A stretch of DNA of 64,000 nt from a virus: positions 1 to 64,000 of IMG/VR virus record IMGVR_UViG_3300033978_000457; one strand, written 5' to 3'. Below, one piece after another: positions 16,127-27,508 of this stretch. The position numbers and the translations under genes were made by a program. Numbering within the stretch: position 1 is the stretch's first letter; the number at the start of each line of letters is the position of its first letter. A model generated the notes under the pieces. The model was not told where the DNA came from and did not search any database. It saw nothing but the letters and a program-made list of their open reading frames with translations.

Positions 16127-19100
16127 TTAGCATAAAAGCGCTACTTACTATGGAAGGTAAAGGCTCTGATAAATTAGCAAGAGAAACAGAGCGTACTAGA
16201 GATAATCTAGACGAAGCAGCTCGCTTAGCGGGGGTATTGGACGCTAGACTAGGCAAAAGCGGTTCAAGTGCTGCTCGAAGATCTGGTGCTTTTAATGATA
16301 GAGATGGCATTAGCACTAAAGAAAATAGAGGTGCCAAAGGAGTAGCGGGTCAAAGAGGCGCTGCGGGCAGAGACATGGCTGGTCTTCGGGATGCCTCAGA
16401 TAGCACAAGTGGCATAGTTGCTGCTTATGCTACCGCGGCGGCTAACATGTTTGCTATTACGGCTGCGTTTAAAGCTTTAGCCGATGCGGCAAAGGTAGAA
16501 CAGCTTAGAAAAGGTTTAGAGCTTGTAGGCGCTCAATCAGGCGTTTCTCTTGGCTTAGTATCTAAAAATATAGAAAAAGTTACCGGGTATGCTATTAGTT
16601 CAGCGGAAGCAATGAAGTCAGTTGCCTCCGCAACAGCGGCAGGGTTTAGCTCTAAAGAAATAGAAAGACTGGCTGTAGTTGCAAAAGGTGCATCTACTGC
16701 TCTTGGCAGAGATATGTCTGATGCTATGGATCGTCTTACAAGAGGTACCATAAAATTAGAACCAGAACTCTTAGATGAACTTGGTATCATGACTCGTATT
16801 GATGACGCTGTTAGTAGCTATGCAGACGCGCATGATAAAGCTAAATCTTCTCTTACACAGACAGAGCGTAGACAAGCATTTCTTAATGCAGTTTTAAAAG
16901 AAGGAGAAGATAAATTCGGCTCTATTGCTGCAGCCGTAGATGTAAGTCCTTTCGATAAATTGACAGCTTCTCTAAAAAATATGTCAACAACAGGCATAGG
17001 TGGGTTAGTAAAAGTTCTAGAGCCACTAATAAACCTTTTAGCCGATATGCCACAACTTATTTTATTGCCTTTAACAGGAATATTTCAATCTGTATTCTCT
17101 AAACTTGCTCCAACAGCACAGGCAGAATTTAAAAAGCTTGAAAATGTCACAAAACAAGCTGCAAATAAATTTGGCGATATGCGTGCCGCAGAATTTGTTA
17201 GAAGTCAAGATATAGGTTTAAAAATAGGAGACGCTCAATTTGTAGGAAGAACTAAATTAGACCTTAATCTAGAAGAAGGCACCCATTTATCTCTGCTTGA
17301 AAAACAAAAAAAGATACTACAAGATAATTTAATAATAGAACAACAAGCTTTAGCTGTTGCTAAGAAACAAAATCTTGAAAACTCTATAGAAGTAAAATTA
17401 GCAGAGCAAAGAGTAGATAATAATCGAGCTGCTTTAAATAACATGAATAGGGCTATATCAGAAACTAAAAGAGACCAACGCTATATAAACCCTATGAGTG
17501 CAGCGGCTGGAAAATTGGCGTATACCGATGCATCTACAAAAGCTTATGACTTAACTCAAACTTTATTTGATGAGAGGCAAGGAAATATTGCCGGACAAGC
17601 GGGAGCTTTATGGAAAGGTGCTGGAGCTCAGCTTGCTGCGGTAAACATAGGCATGAAATCCTACAAAGCTAATTTAGACTTAGCAAATCAAGCAGCAGGA
17701 ACACAAGCAACTCTTGTATCAAGTTTATCAGGTTTATGGCTTAGAGCAGGTTTAACTGTAAAAGCTTTTGGAACTATTGGTAAACTTGCTTTGCAAGGGT
17801 TTACAGCTGCTCTTCCTTTTATAGGTTGGATAATTACAGGATTTACATTACTTACATCTCTTTTTGAAGCTATGAAAAGCGACAAAGATAGAGCAATTGA
17901 GGCAAGCAAACAGCAGCTTAAAGAGTTACTTGAGTCCAGTAAAAAAGTCAATGAAGAAGTTAAAAAATTTAGAGAAACAGGAAGATATGGTAATGCTTTT
18001 GAAGCAGAACTTACAAATATAAATGAAATTTATAGTAAATTAAAAGATGTTGAAAAACTAAAAAATAAATCATTTAATAATAGTGATAAAAAAACTCAAG
18101 AACAAGGTTATCTTGGCACAAGAAGTGAGTACCTTGCCGGAAAAGATATATTTGGAGGAGCGGAAGAAGCTCAAGCTTTAGAAAGTATTTTTAGAGGACT
18201 AGAATCTACTAAAGGAGTTGAATACGTCAAAAAATTAAGTATAAGTATGGTAGACGCTAAAGAGGCGGGAAAAGATTGGTTTAGTATATTGGAACCTGCT
18301 ATGAAAGGTTCTGAGGCTATAGCAAAATCTTGGTCAGATATTGGAGAAGCTGTAAAAACTGGCGGGCAGGCTGTTCGTAAATTTTGGGGAGATGACTTTT
18401 TCAAAACAGACTACTCAGAAATAGCTAATACTTTTAGAACTATAACTGCAGAAATGAAAGCTCAAGAACAATACATAACAGATCCTAAAGCAAAATTACA
18501 AGCAGATTCTGATATTATATCAAAATTTGTTGCTGGAGGAAAGGATATGTTTCTTGAGTTAGATAGAGTTATGGGGGAAAATACTACTACTTTTGCAGAT
18601 ATATATAAAGAATTAAGTAAAAAGCAAAATGAAATAAATACACTTACTGCAGCTGGAGATAAAGCAAGTCTTGATAGAGCAAAACAATTAACAACAGAAT
18701 TAAATAAACGCCAACAAGAAGTAAAAAAATTAATATCATCTTCCGGTGTATTAGCAAAAATAGCGCTAGAAGAATATAAAATGAAACTAGCTACTATAAA
18801 TCTTGAAAACGTTAAAAGTTCTCTTACTTTACAAGAAATTAGAAACTCAGCAAATCTTGCTAAAAATGCTATTACAGCCTCTAAGCAAGCACTAGAAAGA
18901 ATGAGAAATTTTCAGGGTTTTGACAATTTATCAGAGGGCTACGATAAAGCTGACGCTGTTAAACAAGCAGAAATAGAATTGCAAAATGCTAAAGACAGTG
19001 CTAAATTAAAAAATGATGTATTGGATAGAGAGTTTGAGTTAGCCGGCTTACAAAAAGAATTGATGCTACAAAAAGCTAGATTGGAATTAAGTGATGCACA

Positions 19101-20649
19101 AGCAGAATTTGATAAAAAATATGTAATTACTAATCTTGTAAATACACTAAGTATGGGCATGTTATCTTTACAAGGGGCAGAATATGCCGTTGATAAACAA
19201 CGATTAGAAACTATGACTAAAATAGTAGGGTTACTGGGCGACACAGAAACTATTGGAGCTAGAACAAACGCTGCAAATAAAGCAGCTAATACTCTAGAGG
19301 TAAAAACAAAAGAACAAGCCCTTGAAACTACAAAAGAAGCTTACAGACAAAGTCTTACAAACTTGAAAAAAGAATTAGATATAGTTACAGCTAGATTAAA
19401 AGTAGAGCAAGAAATTATTGCTTTAAAAAGAGAAGCATTTAACAATGAACGAGAGTTACAAAGAGTAAAACAAAGTAATGCTGCTGCTAGAAGCGCTTCT
19501 GGAGAACTAGATATTGTTAGTCAACTAAGACAAGATGCAGACAGGGCTCTTGGAAGTCTTTTTGATAAGATAGTAAGCGAGACCAAAAGAGCAAGCGAGG
19601 AAGAAGATAAAATTAAGGGGCTTAAAACTCAACAAAACCTAGCAGCAGAACAACTAGCAAAGACTTATACGTCTGGACAGGGAGACTTACCAACCGCACA
19701 GAAAAATCTCAATGACGCTACTAGAGAGTTAACTACGGTTCAAGATCTCCACACACAAAAAACACTTACGGCAGCAACTGCTATAGCTCTTTTAGTAGAA
19801 GCATTTAATAACCTTACAGGTAAATTAGAAGACGCAGGAAATCTACCTATGCAACTAGAGCGGGGAGTAGGTGCGTCAAAACAACGTCTAGCTAAAGCAC
19901 AAGCTTCAGTGGGAATGAATATGATGGGTGCTGGTGACGAATTTAGCGCGGCATTAGATGCTCGTTGGCTTGCAACAAAGGATGACGTATATAAAGGAGA
20001 CTACGATAAATTTCTAAAAAGCGATGATGTTAAGTTAATTAAAGAAGCCTCATTACGTATGGCAGAATTTAATCTTATAGCAGACAAAACTGCCGAAATA
20101 TCTGTAGCATTTGGCGAGCAGTTAGCAGGAGCTTTCACTTCTATTATTGACGGCTCTAAAGATGCTGGGGAAGCTTTTGCAGATATGGCTCTTTCTATGC
20201 TTAAAATGATAGCGGAACTTATAGCTCAGCTAATAGCTATGGCAGCTATTAAAGCAACAGCAGCAGCATTTGGCATTCCTCTAGCAGACGGGGGTATAAT
20301 GCCAGGAGCCCAAGCAATGGCTAGCGGCGGTATTATGAATAGAGCGACTGGCTCTGGCCATCAAGGTGTCATAAACAAGCCTACTTTCTTAGTTGGTGAA
20401 GGTAAAATGAACGAAGCTGTGGTTCCTCTGCCTAATGGCAGGGCAATACCAGTTCAGATGCATGGTAATAACACGTCTAGCAACAATGTGCAAGTTAACG
20501 TAAATTTAAGCCAAAATGGCGACGCAAGAACAAGCACACAGGGTCCAGACATGAATAGTCTAGGAGCAGCTATTGCAGCCGTAGTTCAAAAAGAACTACT
20601 TGCTCAAAAGGCTCCAGGGGGTATCTTAAGTAGATACGGAGCTGCTTAA
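16123..20649 (+). CDS. Tape measure protein
   Basis: 1508 aa, helical and Ala-rich; T5 pb2-like N-terminus (LGRDMSDAMDRLTRGTIKLEPELLDELGI); lambda H-like C-terminus (GEGKMNEAVVPLPNGR...PGGILS). Confidence 0.92.
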   Translation: MISIKALLTMEGKGSDKLARETERTRDNLDEAARLAGVLDARLGKSGSSAARRSGAFNDRDGISTKENRGAKGVAGQRGAAGRDMAGLRDASDSTSGIVAAYATAAANMFAITAAFKALADAAKVEQLRKGLELVGAQSGVSLGLVSKNIEKVTGYAISSAEAMKSVASATAAGFSSKEIERLAVVAKGASTALGRDMSDAMDRLTRGTIKLEPELLDELGIMTRIDDAVSSYADAHDKAKSSLTQTERRQAFLNAVLKEGEDKFGSIAAAVDVSPFDKLTASLKNMSTTGIGGLVKVLEPLINLLADMPQLILLPLTGIFQSVFSKLAPTAQAEFKKLENVTKQAANKFGDMRAAEFVRSQDIGLKIGDAQFVGRTKLDLNLEEGTHLSLLEKQKKILQDNLIIEQQALAVAKKQNLENSIEVKLAEQRVDNNRAALNNMNRAISETKRDQRYINPMSAAAGKLAYTDASTKAYDLTQTLFDERQGNIAGQAGALWKGAGAQLAAVNIGMKSYKANLDLANQAAGTQATLVSSLSGLWLRAGLTVKAFGTIGKLALQGFTAALPFIGWIITGFTLLTSLFEAMKSDKDRAIEASKQQLKELLESSKKVNEEVKKFRETGRYGNAFEAELTNINEIYSKLKDVEKLKNKSFNNSDKKTQEQGYLGTRSEYLAGKDIFGGAEEAQALESIFRGLESTKGVEYVKKLSISMVDAKEAGKDWFSILEPAMKGSEAIAKSWSDIGEAVKTGGQAVRKFWGDDFFKTDYSEIANTFRTITAEMKAQEQYITDPKAKLQADSDIISKFVAGGKDMFLELDRVMGENTTTFADIYKELSKKQNEINTLTAAGDKASLDRAKQLTTELNKRQQEVKKLISSSGVLAKIALEEYKMKLATINLENVKSSLTLQEIRNSANLAKNAITASKQALERMRNFQGFDNLSEGYDKADAVKQAEIELQNAKDSAKLKNDVLDREFELAGLQKELMLQKARLELSDAQAEFDKKYVITNLVNTLSMGMLSLQGAEYAVDKQRLETMTKIVGLLGDTETIGARTNAANKAANTLEVKTKEQALETTKEAYRQSLTNLKKELDIVTARLKVEQEIIALKREAFNNERELQRVKQSNAAARSASGELDIVSQLRQDADRALGSLFDKIVSETKRASEEEDKIKGLKTQQNLAAEQLAKTYTSGQGDLPTAQKNLNDATRELTTVQDLHTQKTLTAATAIALLVEAFNNLTGKLEDAGNLPMQLERGVGASKQRLAKAQASVGMNMMGAGDEFSAALDARWLATKDDVYKGDYDKFLKSDDVKLIKEASLRMAEFNLIADKTAEISVAFGEQLAGAFTSIIDGSKDAGEAFADMALSMLKMIAELIAQLIAMAAIKATAAAFGIPLADGGIMPGAQAMASGGIMNRATGSGHQGVINKPTFLVGEGKMNEAVVPLPNGRAIPVQMHGNNTSSNNVQVNVNLSQNGDARTSTQGPDMNSLGAAIAAVVQKELLAQKAPGGILSRYGAA

Positions 20650-21020
20650 TGATATACTTCACAATACCAATAAACGTTTTAGGCACTGGCAACCCTGTTG
20701 CCGATACCGACGTTTATTTAGATAACGGAGTTCAAATTCAAAATGCGCCTTCCATAAGGCAAGTTGCTTTTGGAGAAGACTATAGTCTGACTATTCCACT
20801 AGGTAGTCGTAAAAGAACTTTTTCCGCATCTATGTCAAATCGGTCTCAAGCTGAGGCCGATTTGATAGATAATTATTTTTCTTACCTAGAGGGTCAACTT
20901 ATTAATAATTTTCGTATACTCGGAGTAGCTGCTGACGTAGTAGTTCTTGAGTGGAGCAAAACTTTTAGAGAAGCCGATACTTACAGTATACAGGCTAGCT
21001 TCAAAGAGGTTATAAGATGA
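20649..21020 (+). CDS. Distal tail protein (gpM-like) 1
   Basis: PSIRQVAFGEDYS...ADLIDNYF...YSIQASFKEV; follows TMP. Confidence 0.65.
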   Translation: MIYFTIPINVLGTGNPVADTDVYLDNGVQIQNAPSIRQVAFGEDYSLTIPLGSRKRTFSASMSNRSQAEADLIDNYFSYLEGQLINNFRILGVAADVVVLEWSKTFREADTYSIQASFKEVIR

Positions 21021-21565
21021 TAACATTTATAGCTCCCGCAGGATCTTTCTTTGCTACGGCTACTGAGTTTACTGTAGATATAAACCCGCAAGTCAGTAAA
21101 CGAGTTACTATGCTAGAACAAACAGCAGGCGACTTTCCACTAGAGCAGGCTAGAGCAAATGGATTAAATGCTGTAACAGAGACAATATCTTTTAATATGA
21201 TAAATCTTACTATAGCAAATGCTATAGCCCTAGACGGCTATTTTGACTCTCTCAGAAGCACAGTACCTATAGATTTAATTTTTCCTGGTACAGGAACAGT
21301 TACTGCTGCTGTAGCAGGTACAAATGGACTTACTATAGGTAAAAGGTATAGAATATCAACTCTTGGGGGCATTAACTGGACAAGTATAGGGGCATCTTCA
21401 GCAGCTTTAAATACGTCTTTTTATTATAATGGAGTAACTACTACTGGCGCTTCTGGTACTGTAAGAACTGTAGTAAAAAGAGTATTAATTACAGGCTGGT
21501 CTACTAATGTAGATAGCAGCAAGTTTGGCGCCATCAGCGCAAGCGGAAAATTGGTACGCATATGA
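21017..21565 (+). CDS. Distal tail protein (gpM-like) 2 with inserted module
   Basis: EQARANGLN...AIALDGYFDS; inserted GKRYRISTLG module. Confidence 0.55.
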   Translation: MITFIAPAGSFFATATEFTVDINPQVSKRVTMLEQTAGDFPLEQARANGLNAVTETISFNMINLTIANAIALDGYFDSLRSTVPIDLIFPGTGTVTAAVAGTNGLTIGKRYRISTLGGINWTSIGASSAALNTSFYYNGVTTTGASGTVRTVVKRVLITGWSTNVDSSKFGAISASGKLVRI

Positions 21566-22692
21566 TTTTAGAGCTTAATAAGCAAAGAGTTACTTCGGAT
21601 TTTATTGAGTTGTATCAATTACAAATACCAGGTAGCTACTTATACTTTACAACACATGAAAATAGTGTGTATATGAGAGATAAAGAAATAGGTTCCGATC
21701 CTATTGGGAACCCGTACCCTAATAGACTTTATACTTCTATACCTATTTCATTTACCGGATGGGAACAAAAATCAGAAGGTACATATGCTAGACCTGCGAT
21801 TAGTTTTGCTAATATTCTCACAACATTTTCTGATGCATTAGGTAACTTTGAAAATGATGATCTAGTAGGACTAAAAATAGTTAGAAGAAAAACTTTAGCG
21901 ATACATTTAGATAACGCAACCGGAGACGCTAACGGAGCTCCTGCAGCTCCAACCGAATTTCCAACCCAATCTTACATTATAGATAGAGTGGCATCTTTTG
22001 ATGCTATGTCAGTATCCTTTGAGCTTTCTAGTCCTTTTGATGTATCAGGAGTCATGATACCTGCTAGAAATGTGCTTCCTAATAGCTGTCCTTGGGCTTA
22101 CCAAGGGGCTGCTACTGATACTCCATACGCTACGTCTACAGGTGCATGCACTTGGAAACTTGCTGCAAATAATAATGGATTTACTGCATTTTTTGATAAT
22201 AGAAATAATTTATTTGCTACTGGGCATACAATTACTGCGTCATCCGCAGCAGCAGCTAATGATTTTTTTAGAACTTCAAAATCTTTAACTCGCGTCAATG
22301 TAGATGGGTCAACCTTTGCAGTTTCTAGCTATGATTATTGGCAAGCTGCTGCTGCTGGTTCTACTCCATATAGAAGAGTAAGATTATATACTACTTATAG
22401 TGGAGCAACTACATACTATACCTATACACAAGGAGACCTGTATAATGACGTAGTGCTCTCTGGAAACACTTTATGGGTTTGTATAAAAAGTCACGCAGGA
22501 GGTCAAACTCCTGCAATAAACTCTAAATATTGGAAACGTGCCGATGTTTGTGGAAAAAAACTTAGTAGCTGCGCAAGTAGGTATAAGTCAATGTCAGTAT
22601 CTAATGCTACAGGTACAACAGTAAGTGTAACAGAGGACTCAACAAAGGTATTACAATATGGTGGATTTCCAGCTTCCCGAAGATATATTTAG
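21562..22692 (+). CDS. Minor tail protein L-like
   Basis: FIELYQL, ARPAISFAN, FELSSPFD, CPWAYQG..C, DVCGKKLSSC, YGGFP (Fe-S cysteines). Confidence 0.88.
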   Translation: MILELNKQRVTSDFIELYQLQIPGSYLYFTTHENSVYMRDKEIGSDPIGNPYPNRLYTSIPISFTGWEQKSEGTYARPAISFANILTTFSDALGNFENDDLVGLKIVRRKTLAIHLDNATGDANGAPAAPTEFPTQSYIIDRVASFDAMSVSFELSSPFDVSGVMIPARNVLPNSCPWAYQGAATDTPYATSTGACTWKLAANNNGFTAFFDNRNNLFATGHTITASSAAAANDFFRTSKSLTRVNVDGSTFAVSSYDYWQAAAAGSTPYRRVRLYTTYSGATTYYTYTQGDLYNDVVLSGNTLWVCIKSHAGGQTPAINSKYWKRADVCGKKLSSCASRYKSMSVSNATGTTVSVTEDSTKVLQYGGFPASRRYI

Positions 22693-23386
22693 TCAAATTA
22701 AAGAGCATGCTATAAATATGGCCCCGCAAGAATGTTGCGGGGTCATTCTTATAAAGAAGGGTAGGCGAAAATATTATCCTTGTGATAATGTAAGTAAAGA
22801 GCCAGACTCTTTTATAATAAACTCTATTCAGTATACTAGACTATCTCTGCAAGGGGATATTGAATTTATCGTACACTCGCACACAACGGGCAATGATCCT
22901 AGTGAGCATGATATTCAAGCATGTGAATCTTTAAAAATACCTTATCTTATTTACTATATTGAAACAGATACCTATAGCATACATTGTCATAAAAATTATA
23001 ATAAGTTAATTGGTAGAGATTATATATTTGGAAAACAGGATTGTTTTGAGGCGGCTAGAGATTGGTTTTTAACCCATAATATAATTATGCCACCAAGAAA
23101 AAATTGGCTTGACAATGATCAAGATACAAACTATAATTATATGGAAAATGAAGTTATGGAATGGCCGGTAGAGCAAGTTCAAGATCTTAAGTATGGGGAT
23201 ATACTTCTTCTATCAGTATTCAGTAAAAAACCCAATCATATAGCTATATATTTAGATAATGATATTATCTTTCATCACGCAGTAAACCGACTTTCCTGCC
23301 GTGAAAACATGTACCCTTATTGGGCGGAGAATATTTATGGAATCTACAGATTTAAAAGAAGTGATCTTAGAAGGATTTCTTGGTGA
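22658..23386 (+). CDS. Tail tip protein K-like (JAB/MPN + NlpC/P60)
   Basis: PQECCG, VHSH...PSEHD; GRDYIFGKQDCF...NHIAIYL...HH. Confidence 0.9.
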   Translation: MVDFQLPEDIFSQIKEHAINMAPQECCGVILIKKGRRKYYPCDNVSKEPDSFIINSIQYTRLSLQGDIEFIVHSHTTGNDPSEHDIQACESLKIPYLIYYIETDTYSIHCHKNYNKLIGRDYIFGKQDCFEAARDWFLTHNIIMPPRKNWLDNDQDTNYNYMENEVMEWPVEQVQDLKYGDILLLSVFSKKPNHIAIYLDNDIIFHHAVNRLSCRENMYPYWAENIYGIYRFKRSDLRRISW

Positions 23387-24266
23387 AAAATACGGACGTA
23401 AATGGAGTATTGCCGCTACAGAATATAGAGATATTTTTGCTTGTATAGAGGCTAATTACCCTGAAAGTAAAAAAGATATTATAGACTTATACCTAGCTGG
23501 TGGAGACGTATCTATTCAAACGGGCGAAAGTATAATGGAAGAAGCAGAAGAGTATTTCTTCCCTATCAAAAAAGGCACTATAATTATAACTCCGCTTCCT
23601 ACTGGTAGCAAGTCAGGTAGTGCAAAAATTCTTGGGGCTGTTGCCTTAGCCGCTCTTTTCTTTATTCCTGGAGTTAACGTTTTAGCTGGTGCCTTAGCTA
23701 GTGCAAGCTTTGGAGCTGGTGCTACTGCTGCTGGCGCTGTTCTTGCTGCTGGGGGCACAACAGCAGCAGCTTCTGTTGTTGGGGCTGCTGTTGCTTCAAT
23801 TCCTGGGCTACTTGTTGCGGGGTTAGCTCTTAACCTAGCTATTGTTGGATTACAGCAATTATTAGCCCCAGACCCTTCCGTCGATGACCCTGATAGTAAT
23901 AATTATCTTTTTAATGGCCCAGAAAATACAGCAGTGTCCGGCAACCCTGTGCCAGTTCTTTGTGGTGAAATGATGATAGGGGGTATAGTTATTTCCTCTG
24001 GGTCTATTGGAGGATTTTGGGCAAATGAATCTACTTATGTAGAAGATGTTATGCCAGATTCCGGAGTAGAAGGAGGAAATAGATATAATCCTCCTCCTGT
24101 TTATATACCGCCCGGAGGCGGAAATAGATACAATCCTGCCGTGCGAGGAATTAGTGTATTTACGCCCCCTACTGCTACTACTACATCAATAGCAAAAGCT
24201 GTAGATGATCAATCTTTGGGCATAAAAACGTTAGGCACCGATGAATTTACTATGAGTGCACCTTAA
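23337..24266 (+). CDS. Tail assembly protein I-like
   Basis: EVILEGFLGEKYG, hydrophobic Ala/Gly core, YLFNGPENT...GNPVPVLCGEMMIG; GGAG RBS before ATG 23337. Confidence 0.85.
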   Translation: MESTDLKEVILEGFLGEKYGRKWSIAATEYRDIFACIEANYPESKKDIIDLYLAGGDVSIQTGESIMEEAEEYFFPIKKGTIIITPLPTGSKSGSAKILGAVALAALFFIPGVNVLAGALASASFGAGATAAGAVLAAGGTTAAASVVGAAVASIPGLLVAGLALNLAIVGLQQLLAPDPSVDDPDSNNYLFNGPENTAVSGNPVPVLCGEMMIGGIVISSGSIGGFWANESTYVEDVMPDSGVEGGNRYNPPPVYIPPGGGNRYNPAVRGISVFTPPTATTTSIAKAVDDQSLGIKTLGTDEFTMSAP

Positions 24267-24277
24267 GGAAAACATAA

Positions 24278-27200
24278 ATGACCTTTAAAAGAAATACTTT
24301 AATAGTTTATGATCTCCTATCAGAAGGAGAGATAGAACTTGTAGATGGTTTATCTTCTATTTATTTAAATAAAACTCCTATAGTTAATTCAAACAAGCAA
24401 CATATAGTAATGAATAAAGTATATTCAGCTACTACTACTGCTGGGTCCTCAAACGTAGTTTTTGATGACGATGGCCTATATCCGATAGATAACGTAAGAC
24501 CTGTAAGAATTCAAAAAGCATATAAAGCTGCTGGTAGTGCTTCTGCATCAGCAGGGAGTACTACTGTAACTACATCTGCGGCTTTTTTTGAGAGTGCTAT
24601 GATAGCAACTAATACAATAGCTAGCGGTGGGCTCTATCAAAAAGTTCGTATTCCAGGAGCGGGTCCAGCAGGCAGTGAGTACGTTGGTGAAATAACAGCA
24701 GTAGCAAGCAGTACTAGCGCAACTGTAGAGCCTGCTATATCTACTACAATATCTGGGGCCCCTATAACTTTTGATTTTTTCTCTTGGGCAATTATTACTG
24801 CTCCAGGGCTTACATTAGTTGGTCCTCCCCCTACTCCTCCCGTAGTTCCTGTTACTGGTACTTTTTATATGGACGTAGGAGCTGCCGGAATAGAATCAAA
24901 TCAAACTGATTCTTCTGTTTTAAATTATAAATTTGTAAAAGCTAACTTTCGCCCAGGAACTATGCACCAAGAACCTATAGTTAATATAGGCGGGTTCTCT
25001 AATGCTAGTTTTGGTAGGGCTATAGGAACAGAACTTAAACAATATACAGAGTTTTATGGGCAAAAGTTAGTTTGGGGTAAAGATAAAACTGCTGCAGAAT
25101 ATGAAGAGGCAGGAGGAGAAATAACTATATCATCTGGTACTGATTTACCAGAGACGTGCGATAGGCTTTTACTGACTATCACAACGCAAAGACTAGACTC
25201 TATTAAACCTAGCAACCAAGAAAAAGGGGATGCTGGGCTGACTGTACTAGTGTTTTTTGATTATAGAATCGGAGCTGGAGATTGGTCTACAGAGCAAGTA
25301 TTTGGACCTAAACCAAATGAGTTAGCCTCTCAATACGCGTGGGTTTGGAATGGAAAACAATCTCCAAATGCAGGAAATACTAGTGGGGATATATCTGGTA
25401 GAGATCCTGAAACTTCAGACCATGAGTTTTCCTTTAATATAGATCAATATAAACCTTTTACTAGTTTTCGAGTTAGAGTACGTAGAGTAACTCCTGTTAA
25501 CTATAAAATGGGAAATTTTGAATATAGTAATTCAACTACCGTTAAATTAATACAAGGATTTATTGAAGATAGATTATCTTATCCTTATTCTGCATACGCA
25601 GCTGTTATGCTTGATAGCCAAGAATTTGCTGGCAATGTTCCAGAGCGTATGTATCATTGTTATGGTATACGTTGTGAAGTACCGACAAATTATATGACTA
25701 GAAGAGAGTCTAGTGATGGTGTAGCAAACTATAAAAGAAATGTTTCCAGTGGAGCTCAAGAAACAACTTATCAGCCTTGGAATGGTTTATTTAGAACAGT
25801 CTACTGCGATAACCCCGTATGGGTACTTAGAACTTTATTATTACAAAATAGATTTGGATTAGGTAACTGGTTGTCCGCAGATCAAATAAATAAATACTCT
25901 TTCTACTCATTAGCTAGAAGGTGTGATGAGCTTGTACCTGACGGGGAAGGCGGCTTTGAGCCTCGGTTTACTTGTGGCATATATCTAACTCAAGCCACAG
26001 AAGCTTATAAAGTAATAAAAGATTTTTGCTCAATAATGTTTTCTATACCGTACTGGATGGATGGGCAACTAGTTATTGAAGCTGATAAACCAGGAGAACC
26101 TATTTATACTTTTACAAAAGGTAATATTATAGGTGGAATATTTAATTACGAAGGTACAGGCAATAAAACAAGACCCAATCAAATAGCTGTAACTTATAAT
26201 GATAGAAAAAATTTATACACACAAGCTGTTGAGCTTGTAGATGATGTGGATGACATGATTAATAAAAATCGTGTCTATACAGAAGAAGCTGTAGCATTTG
26301 GTGCTACTTCACGTGGCCAAGCTATTAGGTATGCTAAATGGAAATTATTAACAAGTAAATTAAATAAAGAAATAATATCATTTAAAACTGGTGAAAATGC
26401 TGGGTTTTTACGCCCTGGCAGTATAATTAGAGTACAAGATGCAGATAGATATAGAATAAGAAACTCTGGAAGAGTAATTTCATCTACTATAAACTCAATA
26501 GTATTAGATAAAGCAGTTAATCTAGGTAGTGGAACTTATACACTGCACGTTTTAGTAGCAGGATCTGCAGCATATCTTGCCCAACCTTCAGCTACAATTT
26601 CTAGTATTCCTTATGTTCGTGGAGATATCATTGCAGGTATTGATACGGAACAAGAAGCAGCTGATCTAGTAGATGACTCTGGCAATCAAGTAGTTGTTAT
26701 CTGGTCCCCAGACACGCACCTAGAAAATAAAGTTGTTACTACTACTGCTGGAAACGGTATTAATACTCTTTCAATACATCCTGCTGAATTTTCTGCTGCT
26801 CCACAAGTAGAGTTTATATGGGCTCTAACGAATACATTAAATAACTCAACAGTAGAAGGCAGTTCTAAACTTTATAGAATACTTGGTATAGCAGAAGATG
26901 CTCCAGGTAGCTATGCTATTAGTGCTGCAGAACATTTTAATCAAAAATTTGACGAGTTAGATGAAACTTACTTATCAGAAGCTTCTGATGTTATACCATT
27001 TGACGCAGTAATTCCTTTAATTACAAATTTCACAGCGTCATTAAAAACAAAAAATTCTAATAATTCTGCAGAAGACAGTGTTAATACTATAACAGCTTTA
27101 GATATAGTACTTCGTTGGACTGCACCTACAAATATTGCAGTATCTGGTACTACCTCTCTTTATAATGATTTAAAAGAATATAAATTAAATATAACTGGCC

Positions 27201-27508
27201 CTTCTGGGGTAACGACTATTAAACTTCCAAAAACTGCTACTCAATATGTTATGGAGAATGTAGAAGAGGGTAGATATGAGTTTGATATTCAAGCTATAGG
27301 TTTAACTGGAGCTGCGAGTACTCCTATATATACAAGTATTTTAGCTACTACTACTACTGTGCCTGGGTCTGTTAGCCAGCTTGGTGTGCCCAGAGGTGGT
27401 CAGTTTAGTACTTCGCCTACTTTAAACGGTAGAACAATTATAGCGCCTAATGATTATATTTTCAATGGCGCATCTGGGGCTAAAAAAGTTGTCTCAGGAG
27501 GAATTTAA
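24278..27508 (+). CDS. Tail tip / central fibre protein J-like (N-terminal hub and FN3 part)
   Basis: DLLSEGEIE, LSYPYSAY, DNPVW, CDELVPDGEGGFEPRFTC, AFGATSRGQAIRYAKW, LRPGSIIRVQD. Confidence 0.9.
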   Translation: MTFKRNTLIVYDLLSEGEIELVDGLSSIYLNKTPIVNSNKQHIVMNKVYSATTTAGSSNVVFDDDGLYPIDNVRPVRIQKAYKAAGSASASAGSTTVTTSAAFFESAMIATNTIASGGLYQKVRIPGAGPAGSEYVGEITAVASSTSATVEPAISTTISGAPITFDFFSWAIITAPGLTLVGPPPTPPVVPVTGTFYMDVGAAGIESNQTDSSVLNYKFVKANFRPGTMHQEPIVNIGGFSNASFGRAIGTELKQYTEFYGQKLVWGKDKTAAEYEEAGGEITISSGTDLPETCDRLLLTITTQRLDSIKPSNQEKGDAGLTVLVFFDYRIGAGDWSTEQVFGPKPNELASQYAWVWNGKQSPNAGNTSGDISGRDPETSDHEFSFNIDQYKPFTSFRVRVRRVTPVNYKMGNFEYSNSTTVKLIQGFIEDRLSYPYSAYAAVMLDSQEFAGNVPERMYHCYGIRCEVPTNYMTRRESSDGVANYKRNVSSGAQETTYQPWNGLFRTVYCDNPVWVLRTLLLQNRFGLGNWLSADQINKYSFYSLARRCDELVPDGEGGFEPRFTCGIYLTQATEAYKVIKDFCSIMFSIPYWMDGQLVIEADKPGEPIYTFTKGNIIGGIFNYEGTGNKTRPNQIAVTYNDRKNLYTQAVELVDDVDDMINKNRVYTEEAVAFGATSRGQAIRYAKWKLLTSKLNKEIISFKTGENAGFLRPGSIIRVQDADRYRIRNSGRVISSTINSIVLDKAVNLGSGTYTLHVLVAGSAAYLAQPSATISSIPYVRGDIIAGIDTEQEAADLVDDSGNQVVVIWSPDTHLENKVVTTTAGNGINTLSIHPAEFSAAPQVEFIWALTNTLNNSTVEGSSKLYRILGIAEDAPGSYAISAAEHFNQKFDELDETYLSEASDVIPFDAVIPLITNFTASLKTKNSNNSAEDSVNTITALDIVLRWTAPTNIAVSGTTSLYNDLKEYKLNITGPSGVTTIKLPKTATQYVMENVEEGRYEFDIQAIGLTGAASTPIYTSILATTTTVPGSVSQLGVPRGGQFSTSPTLNGRTIIAPNDYIFNGASGAKKVVSGGI

